A DNA stretch of 57,187 nt, filler included, from Asterionella formosa (lineage: Eukaryota), in NCBI GenBank assembly GCA_002256025.1. It is 7 parts of 7 records of this genome, joined end to end, with 100 filler letters (N's around TTAATTAATTAA, not from the genome) between each part and the next. Parts side by side here need not be neighbours in the genome. Positions count along the whole stretch, not along the records: positions 8,208 to 16,311 come from NKIB01012321.1; positions 16,412 to 24,494 come from NKIB01012323.1; 5 more parts are not named here. One strand, written 5' to 3'. Each line of letters opens with the position of its first letter. Positions within the stretch are counted from its first letter, which is position 1. The notes below the pieces were generated by a model. It did not search any database and was not told the origin of the DNA. It saw only the letters and a program-made list of their open reading frames with translations. This document shows, piece by piece, positions 12,504 through 24,594 of this stretch. Made by a program: the position numbers and the translations under genes.

Positions 12504-13445
12504 ATGTCCCCAAATGGCGATGGCCAATATGTATTGGCTCAAGAAGAAATGGCGCAACGCTACTCGATTTTTCGAGATTTTGCAGGAAGAATTGTCAATG
12601 ACACCCGATTTCAGGTCGTTATGATCGCGTTGATTGTGATCAATAGCATCCTCATGGGCATTGCTACCTTTGACTTTGTCACCGAAGACCCAAAAGTCAA
12701 CAAAATGTTTGACACGCTTGATTTACTTTTTTTGATTGCATTCACTATTGAGTTATCCATTTATTTCGCTTGTTACGGGGTAGGCCTCTTTGCAGATGCA
12801 TGGATGACATTTGATTTTACAGTGATTCTTTTTTCCTGGGTCTTTTTTGGTTCACCTTTTCAAGTGATTCGAGCCTTTCGCATTGTTAGAGCCTTCAGGC
12901 TTATAACCAGAATCAAGGAACTCAAGCAGCTGGTTGAAGCGCTCTTAAGTGTCATTCCCCGAATGTTTGCTATTGGCACCCTTTTGTTGTTGGTCCTCTA
13001 TGTATACGCCGTCATGTTTACCCAGCTTTTTAAAGAACTTTATGAAGAAGGGTACACGTCCGCAGATTACTTTAGCCGAATGGATAAAACCATGTTCACT
13101 TTGTTTCGGATTATGACACTGGATAGCTGGGCGGATATCACACTGGAGGTCATGCAAAAATACAAGTGGGCGTGGATTCCATTCATGACCTTTGTTGGCA
13201 TGTCCTCTTTCATCGTCATCAACTTGATCATTGCTGTCATTTGCGACGCCGTGTCATCCATCCAGACCAACGAATTGTCAGAGCAACTTGATAATATACA
13301 GAAGAAAGCGTCAGGGGATCGATATGACGAACAATCCCAGCTAGCCCAACTGAAACTCCAGATGGACGAGGTGACAACGACTTTGCGGTGGTTAGCGGAC
13401 AATCAACGACAACAGTACTCCGCCGATCATACCAAGCTGGTTTAG
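12504..13445 (+). CDS. EUKCATA: Single-domain 6-TM voltage-gated Na+/Ca2+ channel (EukCatA / BacNav-like)
   Basis: S4 IRAFRIVRAFRLITRIK, pore TLFRIMTLDSWAD, S6 INLIIAVICDAV, C-terminal coiled coil. First in-frame ATG is at 12504 (ORF track begins at a non-ATG codon at 12453). Confidence 0.88.
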   Translation: MSPNGDGQYVLAQEEMAQRYSIFRDFAGRIVNDTRFQVVMIALIVINSILMGIATFDFVTEDPKVNKMFDTLDLLFLIAFTIELSIYFACYGVGLFADAWMTFDFTVILFSWVFFGSPFQVIRAFRIVRAFRLITRIKELKQLVEALLSVIPRMFAIGTLLLLVLYVYAVMFTQLFKELYEEGYTSADYFSRMDKTMFTLFRIMTLDSWADITLEVMQKYKWAWIPFMTFVGMSSFIVINLIIAVICDAVSSIQTNELSEQLDNIQKKASGDRYDEQSQLAQLKLQMDEVTTTLRWLADNQRQQYSADHTKLV

Positions 13446-13558
13446 ATCGGAGAGCCCGTTCTCGCTGCTGGATTGTTCGTTCACAACTATCAATATGCTG
13501 TCACGCACAAAACAGTTCAGACATTAGTAAATGCTTTACATAAGGTGAAACAACGGTT

Positions 13559-15320
13559 CTAGTTCGTTTTCTTACTGTTTTCGGCCCTGCTTGCTTTTTC
13601 CATTTCGGTTTGAGCCTTGAATAATCCACTAAGGGTGTTTGCAGAGGAAAGCCACCACATCAACACAGCATAGTATATCACCCCAACAACAGGTGCTGCA
13701 CTGATGATATTTCCAAACATAAATACAAGCCCCTGTTGAATTAGGGAGCCTCCACTTTTTCCAATGCGTGATCCAAGAACATCAATGGCCGCCTTGCCTT
13801 TCACCTTTGATTCTTCGTCAAGTGGGATATATGCCATTTGTGTGGTGGGATCAAAGAGTGCGTACTTGGCTGTCTTACTCACGAGGCTCTGAAGGGTTCC
13901 AAAAATGACAGCAGTCTTCAGCAAACTTGGGCTATCTACTCCGGCCAAGATACATGCGAAGAATGGTATGGCGAGAGCAGCCATAATACTTGGGGTCGCC
14001 ATGGCACCTACTCTCCAGCCCAACAATCGAATGACATGGACCCCGAAGAAGATCACAACGCAAGTACTGGCCCCGACTGCCGAAGAAAAGTTACCCATGA
14101 ATCTCTGGTACTCCAGTGGATCTGGGTATTGCTTCTTGACCAAGGACTTCCACATAATCTCAGTAAAGTTAATGCTCAAACCATAACCCAGCACCAATGC
14201 AGCTACCAATCGAAGGTATTTTGACGATGCCAAAAACTGAGCAGACTCCATCATCGACATTTTTGGCTTCTTTTTTTTCGGGGGAAGAGATTCGCCGGTT
14301 GCGGCTCTAGTTTTTGCTTCCGTCTTTTCGATGAAATTTCGGCTCCAACTGTAAAAGACACAAATCATAACTCCGGCAAAGGTAATAGCAGCGGTCAAGC
14401 GATGAAGCGATGTGGCCATGTCTTTGGACGTACTTGTGAATTGAACCATATATTGCCCTGCAAGGACAGGAGCCAAGCCACTCATTTGAGCAAAAAGAGG
14501 ATAGAAACGCTTCGCTTGATCCACTGGTACGACATCGTTGGCGTATTGCCAAAAGAGCAGTCCCACCGAGACAGAGGAGTATATTTCTGCCACGACGTAA
14601 AACAGAGCCGAGGTCCAATTAGACAAGATTTTGGCCAAAACAGCTAGGCCTCCTGTTGGTGCTCCACCAAGCAGCTTTGCGACAGTTTCAATGGACGGGT
14701 GCAGTATTGCTATATTAGGAAAGATAACAACGTCGAAGATGACAAAAAAGATAAAGAAAGGGATACACGTTGAGAAGAAGAGTGTTCGCTTTTCTAACAC
14801 CGACGCCATCTTTGAGTACAAGGCAATGTATGCAGTAGCTGCTGGTAGGACTCCATATATCTGCGAATATCGTAAGTAGTTAGTGGTTTTGAAATCGAAC
14901 GAGCATGAATTGCAGCATTTAAGCAAGTACCTTCAGAAAAGCAATAGCTTCAGCCCCACATTGTGTAACGACCAAGGTATCCTTGGTGTCTCGAGTCAAA
15001 GTGAGAGCCAGGATAATGAAGAACTTGATCGACCCAAGCAAGAGAAACTTTTTGACTTCTTCTTTTCCGTATATTGGAAAAATTGTGTTGCGTAACTTGA
15101 CGAGAGCACTTTCCTGCTGCACGACGACGCTTCCCGGACCCATCTCAGAATTGAACACCAACGGGGCGCTGTCCTCTGTTTGGCGATTCTTCATGACCGA
15201 AGATACCTGTGGTAGCCTCAATAAATCCTGAGCTCTTGTGCTCGAAGTTGATGAAACAGAGACTAGCGACGAGAACAGCAATGCAATGATAATTAGTATA
15301 GCGAAATGATTTCGTTGCAT
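13559..15320 (-). CDS. NTT2: Plastid nucleotide transporter (TLC/AAA family), NTT2 orthologue; join(complement(14931..15320),complement(13559..14860)), ~563 aa
   Basis: 70-bp intron joins AIAFLK|IYGVLP. FPIYGKEEVKKFLLLGSIKFFIILALTLTRDTKD, KYALFDPTTQMAYIPLD and GKAAIDVLGSRIGKSGG closely match my recollection of Phaeodactylum NTT2. Signal peptide followed by TSS. Confidence 0.9.
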
Positions 15321-15545
15321 CAAGAAAGGCAATTTCGATGGAATCTATTTTCAATACGGCGGTAAATTTCTCGAATCGAAGGATGCGTATAATGGAGTTA
15401 CGGGAGCAGGTTCCCTGGTGAAGCGTGACCAGTTCAGCTTGATGAGGGCTGAAGCGATATGTAGCCGGCAGCAGGAGTGAATGATGGCGAACAAGCCAAC
15501 AGATCGGGATGTGTGGATGATCTGCCACTGATTCAGGAATAGGAC

Positions 15546-16070
15546 AGTACCAGGTAGACTACCTGGTACCTGGTCCTGGTACCTGGTACATATAATACAG
15601 TTCAGTTTGCATACAGTACACCGGCGGTTGGTACCGGTACCTGGTAGGTACTACCAGGTACCGGTAGACGATTAATTAACAACAACAAAAACTCACATGC
15701 GCATCACTCGACCTCTTCAGCTCTATTTCTTATGCCGGTTTTATTTTATGTACATAGCCTGACATAATCACAGACACATACCGATAGTTGCACATGCGTT
15801 TTGTGTGTCTGTCGTGCATCAAATTTCATTTTGTGTCCGTCATCATCATAGCCGATTCAAAACACGACAGCACAAAGCAACAACCAATTTTCTTGTGTGT
15901 GGCCGTCACACAAGAATCAAATAGAATATATTCGATTTCACTTTTGGACTACCAGGTACCATTTAGGAGTACCTGGTACCAGTACCAAGTACTACGACTA
16001 TATAACGGTAGTAAGAATACCGGTAGACATGTTGTGTTCCCGCCTGATGCATTACTACGTATACCGGTAC
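15546..16070. repeat. Dense TACCWGGTA/TACCGGTA cluster upstream of NTT2
   Basis: 15546-15590, 15630-15666, 15949-15995 and 16062-16069. Confidence 0.85.
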
Positions 16071-16311
16071 TCCCTCTGCTCCAGCAATTCCCGCTCCAGC
16101 TATCGTCTTGCCATTCGGGTACTTTTTAAGTAATTTTTAGTCTCTAAGTAATTACTTAAGTAATTTTTATTTAAGGGCAATATGGGGCACATCGAATTTT
16201 TCGGCAATAAAATTGCCGATTTTAGCATGACAACCAAAATAACGGTAATATGCATGGAGATGGTACAACAAGCGTAAAACACACGAGAATGATTGTAACA
16301 TGCAACATCAA

Positions 16312-16411
16312 NNNNNNNNNNNNNNNNNNNNNNNNNNNNNNNNNNNNNNNNNNNNTTAATTAATTAANNNNNNNNNNNNNNNNNNNNNNNNNNNNNNNNN
16401 NNNNNNNNNNN
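16312..16411. other. Artificial contig spacer
   Basis: N44-TTAATTAATTAA-N44. Confidence 0.99.
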
Positions 16412-16939
16412 CGACTCAGCCAAATATGAACATCAATTACAAACAACAACAATCAACAATATACCTATGGAAGCGACCCACTGCCACATCAAAACATCAT
16501 GTCAGACAATGAAGGAATAGTTTGTGCATCTCAAGAGAAAGGCATGGTGAAGGAGCTTCCAAGGTCAACTGCACATAAGCCCTGGATGTGGGTATACTAG
16601 CATTCATGCTCTTTGCAGTCATTTGCATGAAGAAGCAGATATTCAGTTCAAAACAACATGCTTCCATTCTTCCTATGAAAATGTTGGTCGCGTCCTGATG
16701 GATCCAGATGATGCAACTGCATTGCAACAACTACAACAAGATGAAGAGAGGAGACATGATTCCAACCAAGAACAAGAGGAGGGCATAGTAGTATTTGTGA
16801 AAGTAAATATCATGGATAGCATTTTACCACCAAAGATTGACAAACAAGGCAGCACTATTAGAGAATGTGATACATGAAAAGCGAAGAAGGAAGCAAATAA
16901 AATGAAGTCCTTGCAGCTCATGAATCTAGCAAATATCAA

Positions 16940-18620
16940 CCCAGTATATCACTTCCTACCTGCTACTGGTACTCTTTATATATATATGATAAAATGTTTT
17001 TGTCGTATGATGTACCGGTACACATGAAGAACTCCTGCCCAAAAAAGGAGCTTAAACAATTTGCTACCAAAATCCTTGCATGTAAATAATGATACAAATG
17101 GGGTATGACTTAGTACACCAATTGAATGGTCTAAATAATTAGTTCCAACGGACGTAGAAAATATTGATGCAAACGAATTTCAAAAAAACAGTACCGGTAC
17201 ACGAAGTCGTGGAAAACAATGGACATATAGTGCATTGAATCTTTTCGAATAATCTATATGCAAATATGATCATCTCAGCAATACTAGATGTTCCATATTG
17301 AGAGTACCTTGATTTCTATAAATGTACAACACTTGATATATTTATGTATTTACAAATTTTATAACTATATGAATGGCAAATATATTTGAAATCGTTCTGT
17401 CATGTTAACAAACAATGCCTGCTTCATGAAAAGAAATACCGTAAAGCACATGACAAGAAACGCAATAACGAAAAACACTGCGGCTTCGACACATTGCGCC
17501 TTCAAAGGATGGAGTATGTTTAAGGTAATGAAGCCATCAATGTGGTACTTGGATGACAATTGTTGGGAAGCAGGACAACAACAAATTGTAAACGCACATT
17601 TCCTTTTTTCTCAGTTGAATCAACAGCTCGTTTCGCTTGTTGGGGAGCACCAATGTAAAACAAAACAAAATTGGTAAGTGCTCTTGTCATTGGACTTATT
17701 CACTTCTGATGGAACATAACTGACTGACACGCCACAACATTCACCTTCTCTCAAAGTTAAGCTAACGAAAATGAATTGGCAAGTTTTATTTGGTAACATT
17801 GGAAAGCAACCTGAAACTTACTTATTCAAGAATTTACTAACAATTTACTATTACAGACTTATACATCACTTGCTTTGATTTGGCTGTGGTAAGTGAAGCA
17901 AGCAAGAGGATAAAACCACGATGGAATGGCGTGATGTTGTGTCAGTGTAACATGTCTAGCTAACAAGTCGTTCCTTCTCATTGTTACTGTAACTGCATAG
18001 GACAATAAAACCGATCAAACATCAGAATAGTCGGCGAGTTCAGAATGACATTAACAGCAGGGAGAGAGACGCAAAAGTAATAAGGCATTGATTTTTTTGG
18101 CACAAGATTCAGAAAAGAGGACGAAAAGGGCGAGACAGGAACAATATACATTGAGCCGAGTAGAGAGAGAAACATTGGGTTGCTGGCATGTAGAATAATA
18201 GATAGTATTGCTAAATTTGATAGTTAAATTACGATCCATTTCAATCTCTTTTGAACAATGCTTGTGATTAGAATTATGATCATGTTTACGATAGATTAAC
18301 GATGAAACAATTTAAATGATAGCATAGAGTTGAGCTGATTTTAGGATGCGTTGTAGTAATAATTTACATCAGGCAATCACGAAAATAGAAAATAATATGA
18401 GAAGGTTTATGATGTTGATGAGTTGATATACATTGTGTGATGATAATGTTCTTATTATCATTATACTTTAAGGTCGGTAAAATATTAATAAATCATCATA
18501 GTTATAGGATACCTTGATCATAGTTTTGATCCAAAAATTATCATATATACGAAAATCCTGTGCCACTTAGCATACAATACTCTTGATCCTATATGCATGG
18601 TCCTTTTTTATTTGCAGACG
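16940..18620. mobile_element. Unclassified long-TIR DNA transposon ('family X'), end A
   Basis: ~1.7 kb co-linear with 49687-51360 and reverse-complementary to 40956-41785. Ends in TTTATTTGCAGACG, directly abutting the LINE RT region. Confidence 0.8.
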
Positions 18621-21600
18621 TATGTTAATGGAGGTTGAGGAAAGCCAAGGTGAAGTTGCAAAGTGTCAATAGTGATGCGGAGGAGAAGTCCCACATCGTC
18701 TGTGGCGCACAAATGCCCTAGGAGATATGGAAGGTGATGGGTGCCTTGCATTACCCACAGTTCTGGGATTTGAAAGCCACTGTGGAAAGAAGAACCAAAG
18801 ATTATGGTGCGGGCAGTGGTTTGAGCAATGCCCATTTCAGAGAGAAATGCACTGACATAGGCTGTCTGGATTTGCGTACACTGAAGTTGTGTGAAGGATG
18901 TAACAGAGAGAGGATATGAGATAGCAGGACTCCACATTGCATTGAATGCGGTGTAGCCTTCTGTTCTTGTGTGTGGTGCAAGGGAGATATTTGATACCCA
19001 TCTTTTTGCTTGGGTGAGACAAAAATGAAATTCTTGATTAAACGAGCCATCAGGGGCTGCTCTGACGCCGTGAGAGCATTTTCCAGTGTGACATTCTATT
19101 AGCGGGATAGGGAAGGAAAGACAAGAAGATCTTCCGGAAGTCATATTGATAGTCAAATGGGGGGAGGCCGAGTTTGGTTGAAGGGAGTGGCACCCGTGGC
19201 AATCCCAGGTCCAGTCCATTAAGTAGAAGAAACATTTTTGCAGGGCTAGAGCGCCCCCACTAGCACAAAGAAGGCGGTCCCATTGTTGTGCAACTTCTGC
19301 CGTTGAGGCAACTAGCTCTGAACCAGTAAGGATGTCAGAGGATCGCCTCAGGTCAGTGTCATCCACAAATGCTTCGCGTGGGCGTTGAGAGATAAGTAAG
19401 CCACAGGGGCAACATGCGTAGAAGCCATCTGTTAAGGAGCTGAGGGCATGTAGCAGGACATTGCTAAGAAACATCCAGATGCAAGGTGCCGCAGCATTCC
19501 CCTGGAGGGGCCAAGGATAAGGAGGGTGGTAGTGGTAGTGAATGATGTGGTAGAGATACCATATGCTGTGCGGACATAGAAGGCCACCATGGCAAGAATT
19601 ATTGCTAACATGCATTTTGTTGCGGATTTTGGGATCCTAAATCATTCTGTGGCCATGAGACCTAGGGAGGGTACTATCCGGTCACAGCAGGCTTTGGCAT
19701 TGTTATTGAAGATCACTGCGGTGGTGCAACGAAGGCGGATGTAGTCGTAGGAAAGTACTTTTAGTAACAAGGCACTTAGGCATAGGCAGCTGGCACCTGG
19801 GAGATTCCCAAAATTCCATTTATTAAGAGCATTGTGATCAAGAGCATGATATACCAACTGTAGGCAAAACGCCAAATTCATGTCTGCCTCTAATAATTGT
19901 ATGACATGGAGACATGTAAGGAGAGGGTTTCCCACATCTTGATCCACCGAACTGGAGCAAAAGCTAGTTGAAAGGGAAGAGTTATCATATAGGCCAAAAG
20001 AGCAGAGATATTGTCATCCTGTGCTAGGACCTTGTAATGTGTGACATGGCGACCGGAAGGACTGGATGCTGTGTTTTCTGGGAGGAGATGGAAGCTTTCC
20101 TAAAAATCTTCCGGAGTGATCATGATTTCAATCGGATCAATCCCAAGAAGAGATTCAGGGATAGCCATGGACTAGAGAAAGAGTGAGACCTCGTCTGAAA
20201 TGGGGTCGATGGATGTAGTGTCAAATGCTCCTTGGAGAATAGCCATGCTGGGTGCAAAGGACTGCAGATTTCTTTTGGGTGTCATTAAGAGCACGGCGGG
20301 CGTGCGGCTAAGGGACAGTTTTGGTTATATTGTAGGTTATATCTGTTGGTTAGAATGGCAGCAGAGTCCGGATGATTTAGTTTGAGAGGAGTAGGATGGC
20401 TAGCTAGCAAGGGAACCGCCATAGGTGCGGCAGTTGGAGCAGCCGCGTTTCCAAAATATGAAGTCTTGACCCAGAGCCAGGGGTTGGGGACCATGGGTAG
20501 CCATAGTTGGACTTAGATGTCCGTTTTTCTGCAGTGAGTAGAGCTGCAGTGATATCGTGGTCCAGAGATTCATATGCCGCAATGAGCTCTAAGAGAGGGA
20601 CTTTGGCGGAAACCATGTTTGTGAGATTAACTAGGCGGGGGAAGACATTATGAGATGTTAAGTATCCTTTTACCAGTAAAAGGTATTTAGCACATTGGGA
20701 AGGGTTCCGAAGACAGAGTTGACGCTGGGTAGGGGCAGTGGGATCTGTGGAGGAGTCCTGAAAGAGAGTAGCTTCATCTAGGTCAACATAAATAGCGCGA
20801 AGATCACTGAATGGGCTGTGTTGGAAACTAAGTATCCCCTCTTTCCCAACAGAGGAGCGGAGCAAGTAGGTCCCAAAGATGAAGTCAATTTGGCAGCCTT
20901 TTGATGATGTGTTGGCTGCAGTTGGAAAATTGCATGCAAATCAAAAAGAGAGCATTGATTCATAAAGAAGAGTATTTCAGGGTCGGAAAGAATAGAATTG
21001 GCATCCCACATTAAAAGTATTTCATGTTGTTTGCATATAATAGACTTGATAAAGGTAGTGAGTGAGCTCAGCATTGCCTGCCAAGGATGAGGAGAGAGAT
21101 CATTGCATTGTAGAATGAGGTTTGATCGCTGCTGTTCATAGGCTGTAAGGGGTCCAGTGCAATGATTTTGGCAAACTCAGTATGCTGTGATGATGGTGAT
21201 GCGGCGGTCTTCAAAAGAGCGGAGAGTTTGGTAGCTCCACCTGCCAACTGGATCACTGCCAGACTCCATCACCCAACCATTGGTGCATCCAGTGACGAAT
21301 TGTAGTGTACCGCCAGCCTGTGAGACACAGCTGTTAGGCACTGCATTGGGAGTGTGGGCAGTGGTGAAGCGGCGGTGGGGCCATCGGGTTTGAATAGATC
21401 AGGAAATGGATGAACGGATTGGGTGATTGGACCAGTTTATGTTGGTCTCCGAGAGGCCAACAAATGTTGGTTACAGTGAGGCGAGTTGATTCAAATAAGT
21501 AAATCGTTCAAAGTGATCATGGTGAAAGGTATTGCAGTTTTGGAAAACAACTCGGAGAGTCATTGGGGAAGGATCAGTGAGAGGGTGGCCCCAGAACGCG

Positions 21601-24050
21601 TTGGGAAGCACTTTGGAGCAGAGTATGTCGAAGTCAGTAGTGATTTGGAAGTGGGAAGAGAAATTGTTTTGGTCGTGTTGTGCGCTGTGGTGGCTCCATC
21701 TGACCCTGGCAAGGGGCAGAATTGCCAAGCAAACTAATTGAGCCCGTCGTCTCCCCCATCAATCATTGGAGTGGGGTGAGATGACTCTTGGGGGAAATTG
21801 TGGGGGAGTGGATATGTTGAAGATCTAGTAGTTGCTTCTTTATGGCGTTAGAGATCATGGCAGTTTCAAAATCGGGAGGAGAGAGAGTGGAGGCTACCTG
21901 GGCCGCAATAAGATGAGACAGTTGGGGGAGGAGGTCAATGGTGAAGGCATTGTTCAGATTTGAGGTCACTTTAGCCAGAATATCTGCCTCGTTTGGAGTG
22001 GAGGCAGATAGCTCGAGTGCAAATGCACTTAATTTGGAGTCCATGAGGGCGGAGACTGTAACGGTATCCAATGGGGGAGGATCACAAGAAGTCGAGCAGA
22101 GGTATTGAGCCTGGAAGATAGGTCGTCGACTTGGGTTTTGAGAAGGGCGATATTGGAGGTCAATTCAAGGAGATGTGGTGCATCGGAGGAGACGTGAGTG
22201 GATAGTGTAGTCCCAGATACTGAGGGAGGACCTGAGTTCCGTGGTGAGGGTGAGGATGGGAGCTGGGAATGTGTAGGAGACTGAAATGTGGTGGAACGAG
22301 ATCGATTGTTGGTACCACGGCCGCCTCTGCTGGATTTGGAAGTGGGGCGAGATCGAAGAGAGTTTGTTATTTGAGCTGGGAGATCGCGCAAACTGAGTTG
22401 GCTGAAAGGAGAGTAGCAAAGGAGGGAATCGAGCTCAGTGGTGGAGCTGGAGACCAATTCATCCAGAGTAACTGTGGTTGTGTGTAAACCAGGGTTGTGC
22501 CATACATCGGCAGAGGTAAGGGCTGGGTAATGTTGAAGTAGGGGGGTGGGATAGAGAGTTTCAACCAATGATTCTATGTAGCTTTTGTTCGCAAAGTGTG
22601 TACAAAAGTAGAATATTACTGACAGATCAAATTTGTCAGTTTCTATACTTCTGATTAGGTAGTTCTGACCGGGAGAGGGTTCTGGGAGACTGAGTAGTGC
22701 GTTCCCAAGAGTATCAAATGAGTCCAGAAGAACATGATCGAGGGAGAGCAGGCCGCTAATGCGAACAGCATCTTCGGCAGTCTGGAATTGTTGTTGCTCT
22801 TGGAGTTTGTGGGCATAGGCATAGTCAGTGAGGCCGATAAAGGTGAGAGACAAAAATACCATAGTGCGTTGGCATGGATAGCGGGATGGGAAACAGTTCC
22901 GTTCCTTTGGGGAGATGATTTCCTGAAGGAGGCGGCGTACTTGGACTTGAAAAGGAGGAGAGGATGCGACAACAATGGCGGATGCTGATATAGTAGGCAG
23001 GATATTGCCCTGGGCCATGGAGCTTTTGTCAAAACGATATGATTGGGAGTTCCACTCCTAGAACCTCTAAGGAGAGAGCCTTAAGTTGAGCCTGGAGGAC
23101 AGAGCGATTCATCCTGGCAGATGAATACAAGAACCAGCCGCAATCAGTGGGGAGGCCGCCGTTGAATTGGTCTAACCGTAAATTCCAAGTGGGATGAGAC
23201 AGAGTGATTGAGTTGAGAAGAATGGATGCAGCCTTGCATGTGCGAAGGTGAGTCTGGCCTTTTACTATTCGATCATCGAGGTTCCGGCCACCTCGAAGTA
23301 AGTACTATGTAAAGTTGTTAAGGTGAATCAGATGTTGGAGAGGAGATTGGGCGGAGGTGGCGGGGTTGGGGTGATCCATGGTGTGATGCTTGGCGGGGTC
23401 TCCTGAAACTGGAAGAATCGAGGCATGACAATCATGAAAGAATATCGATGAGAAAAATGGAAGAAGAGCCGCAGCAATCTCCGCAGACAAATAATTATTG
23501 GGCAGGGGAGGAGTGACGAGAGGCATCGGAAGTTGGAAGAAAAACCAGACTTGGTGAAAGCCCACCTCAAAGGGGCGAACGGGTTTAATGGACAGAGGAT
23601 CGGAAACATACTGAGGAGCAAGAGAGCCATGAGAAAGAGAAGAAGACAGAGAGAGAGGGGTGGATCAGGAGGCTGGCTGTTTTTTGGTTGCTGGAGTGAC
23701 GAACAAGGGCATCATTGGAGTGTCTACGGAGGTTGCGGGGTTGGAGGGACGCTTCTTGGTGTTGTGTTAGGAGTCGGGAATGGATGCAGAGTGGGGAAAA
23801 ATGGGAGGCAAGTGGATGGGAGACGGTGCGGAAGGCGGTAATGGGAAGGATATGGCGTGTCGCTTAAAATAGTCGCCTAGTAGGCGCGGTTGTCCAGCGC
23901 CAACCGATTTTTCGAGCTTTGACGGCATCCATAGGATCGTCAATAGGGGTGGTCGGCATTGCGGCTGCCGAAAGCGCCATGTGGGGGGATGATCGGAGCA
24001 GCAACAGCAGCGTAGGGGTGGCCGTATTACGTGTACCAGAGCAAAAGAAG
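18621..24050 (-). mobile_element. Degenerate non-LTR retrotransposon (APE+RT, Ambal-like); 3' end interrupted by family X
   Basis: ORF1-like region ~21760-23980. APE motifs LRVVFQNCN, GLSETNINW, WDANS, SDLRAIYVD. RT motifs SSPSGRH, IQLLEADMN, NAKACCDRI, QGNAAAP..W, AFVDDT, LLCASGGALALQKC. Many stops and frameshifts; 5' boundary approximate. Confidence 0.82.
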
Positions 24051-24494
24051 TAATGACCGGGATGTAACCCGGAAAGTTAAAGTTACGTTGGAAAAAAGTA
24101 AATTGTGTAGAAACGTATTTCCTAGCAACTTATACTACGGATTCGTTGCTCTACCAACTTCTTGTAGTACCGGTACCAGGTACCAAGTCTAGAGCTAGTA
24201 AGTATACCGATAGACGAATACCCTACCTGTTCCTGGTTGCGGGCAGAGTTGATGCGAAGATTTGGTCGACTTCGAAATAGCCACTTTTCTTACTCTATCC
24301 TGTTTGCCAGTTAACCTCAGAAACTGTTCGCTACTATACGTATGTATTTTAGCATATAAAATAATGTGGATATCTAGCGAGAAGGGCGAGAGACGAAAAG
24401 AATGCTGCTTGTTCAGTAACTTTATTTAGTCCACTATATCCCAAGTTTCTAATTCTACCATTGGAGTTTTCGTTACCATAAAAGCTTGTACAAT

Positions 24495-24594
24495 NNNNNN
24501 NNNNNNNNNNNNNNNNNNNNNNNNNNNNNNNNNNNNNNTTAATTAATTAANNNNNNNNNNNNNNNNNNNNNNNNNNNNNNNNNNNNNNNNNNNN
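24495..24594. other. Artificial contig spacer
   Basis: N44-TTAATTAATTAA-N44. Confidence 0.99.

Noticed and set aside
9508..15320. Kinase, channel and NTT2 as a functional cluster
   Set aside because: Ordinary compact eukaryotic gene spacing; no evidence of a shared pathway
17365..17677. Similar short ORFs recurring at 41049-41422 and 50042-50407, suggesting a gene family
   Set aside because: They recur because they lie in family X copies, and the frames are not preserved between copies
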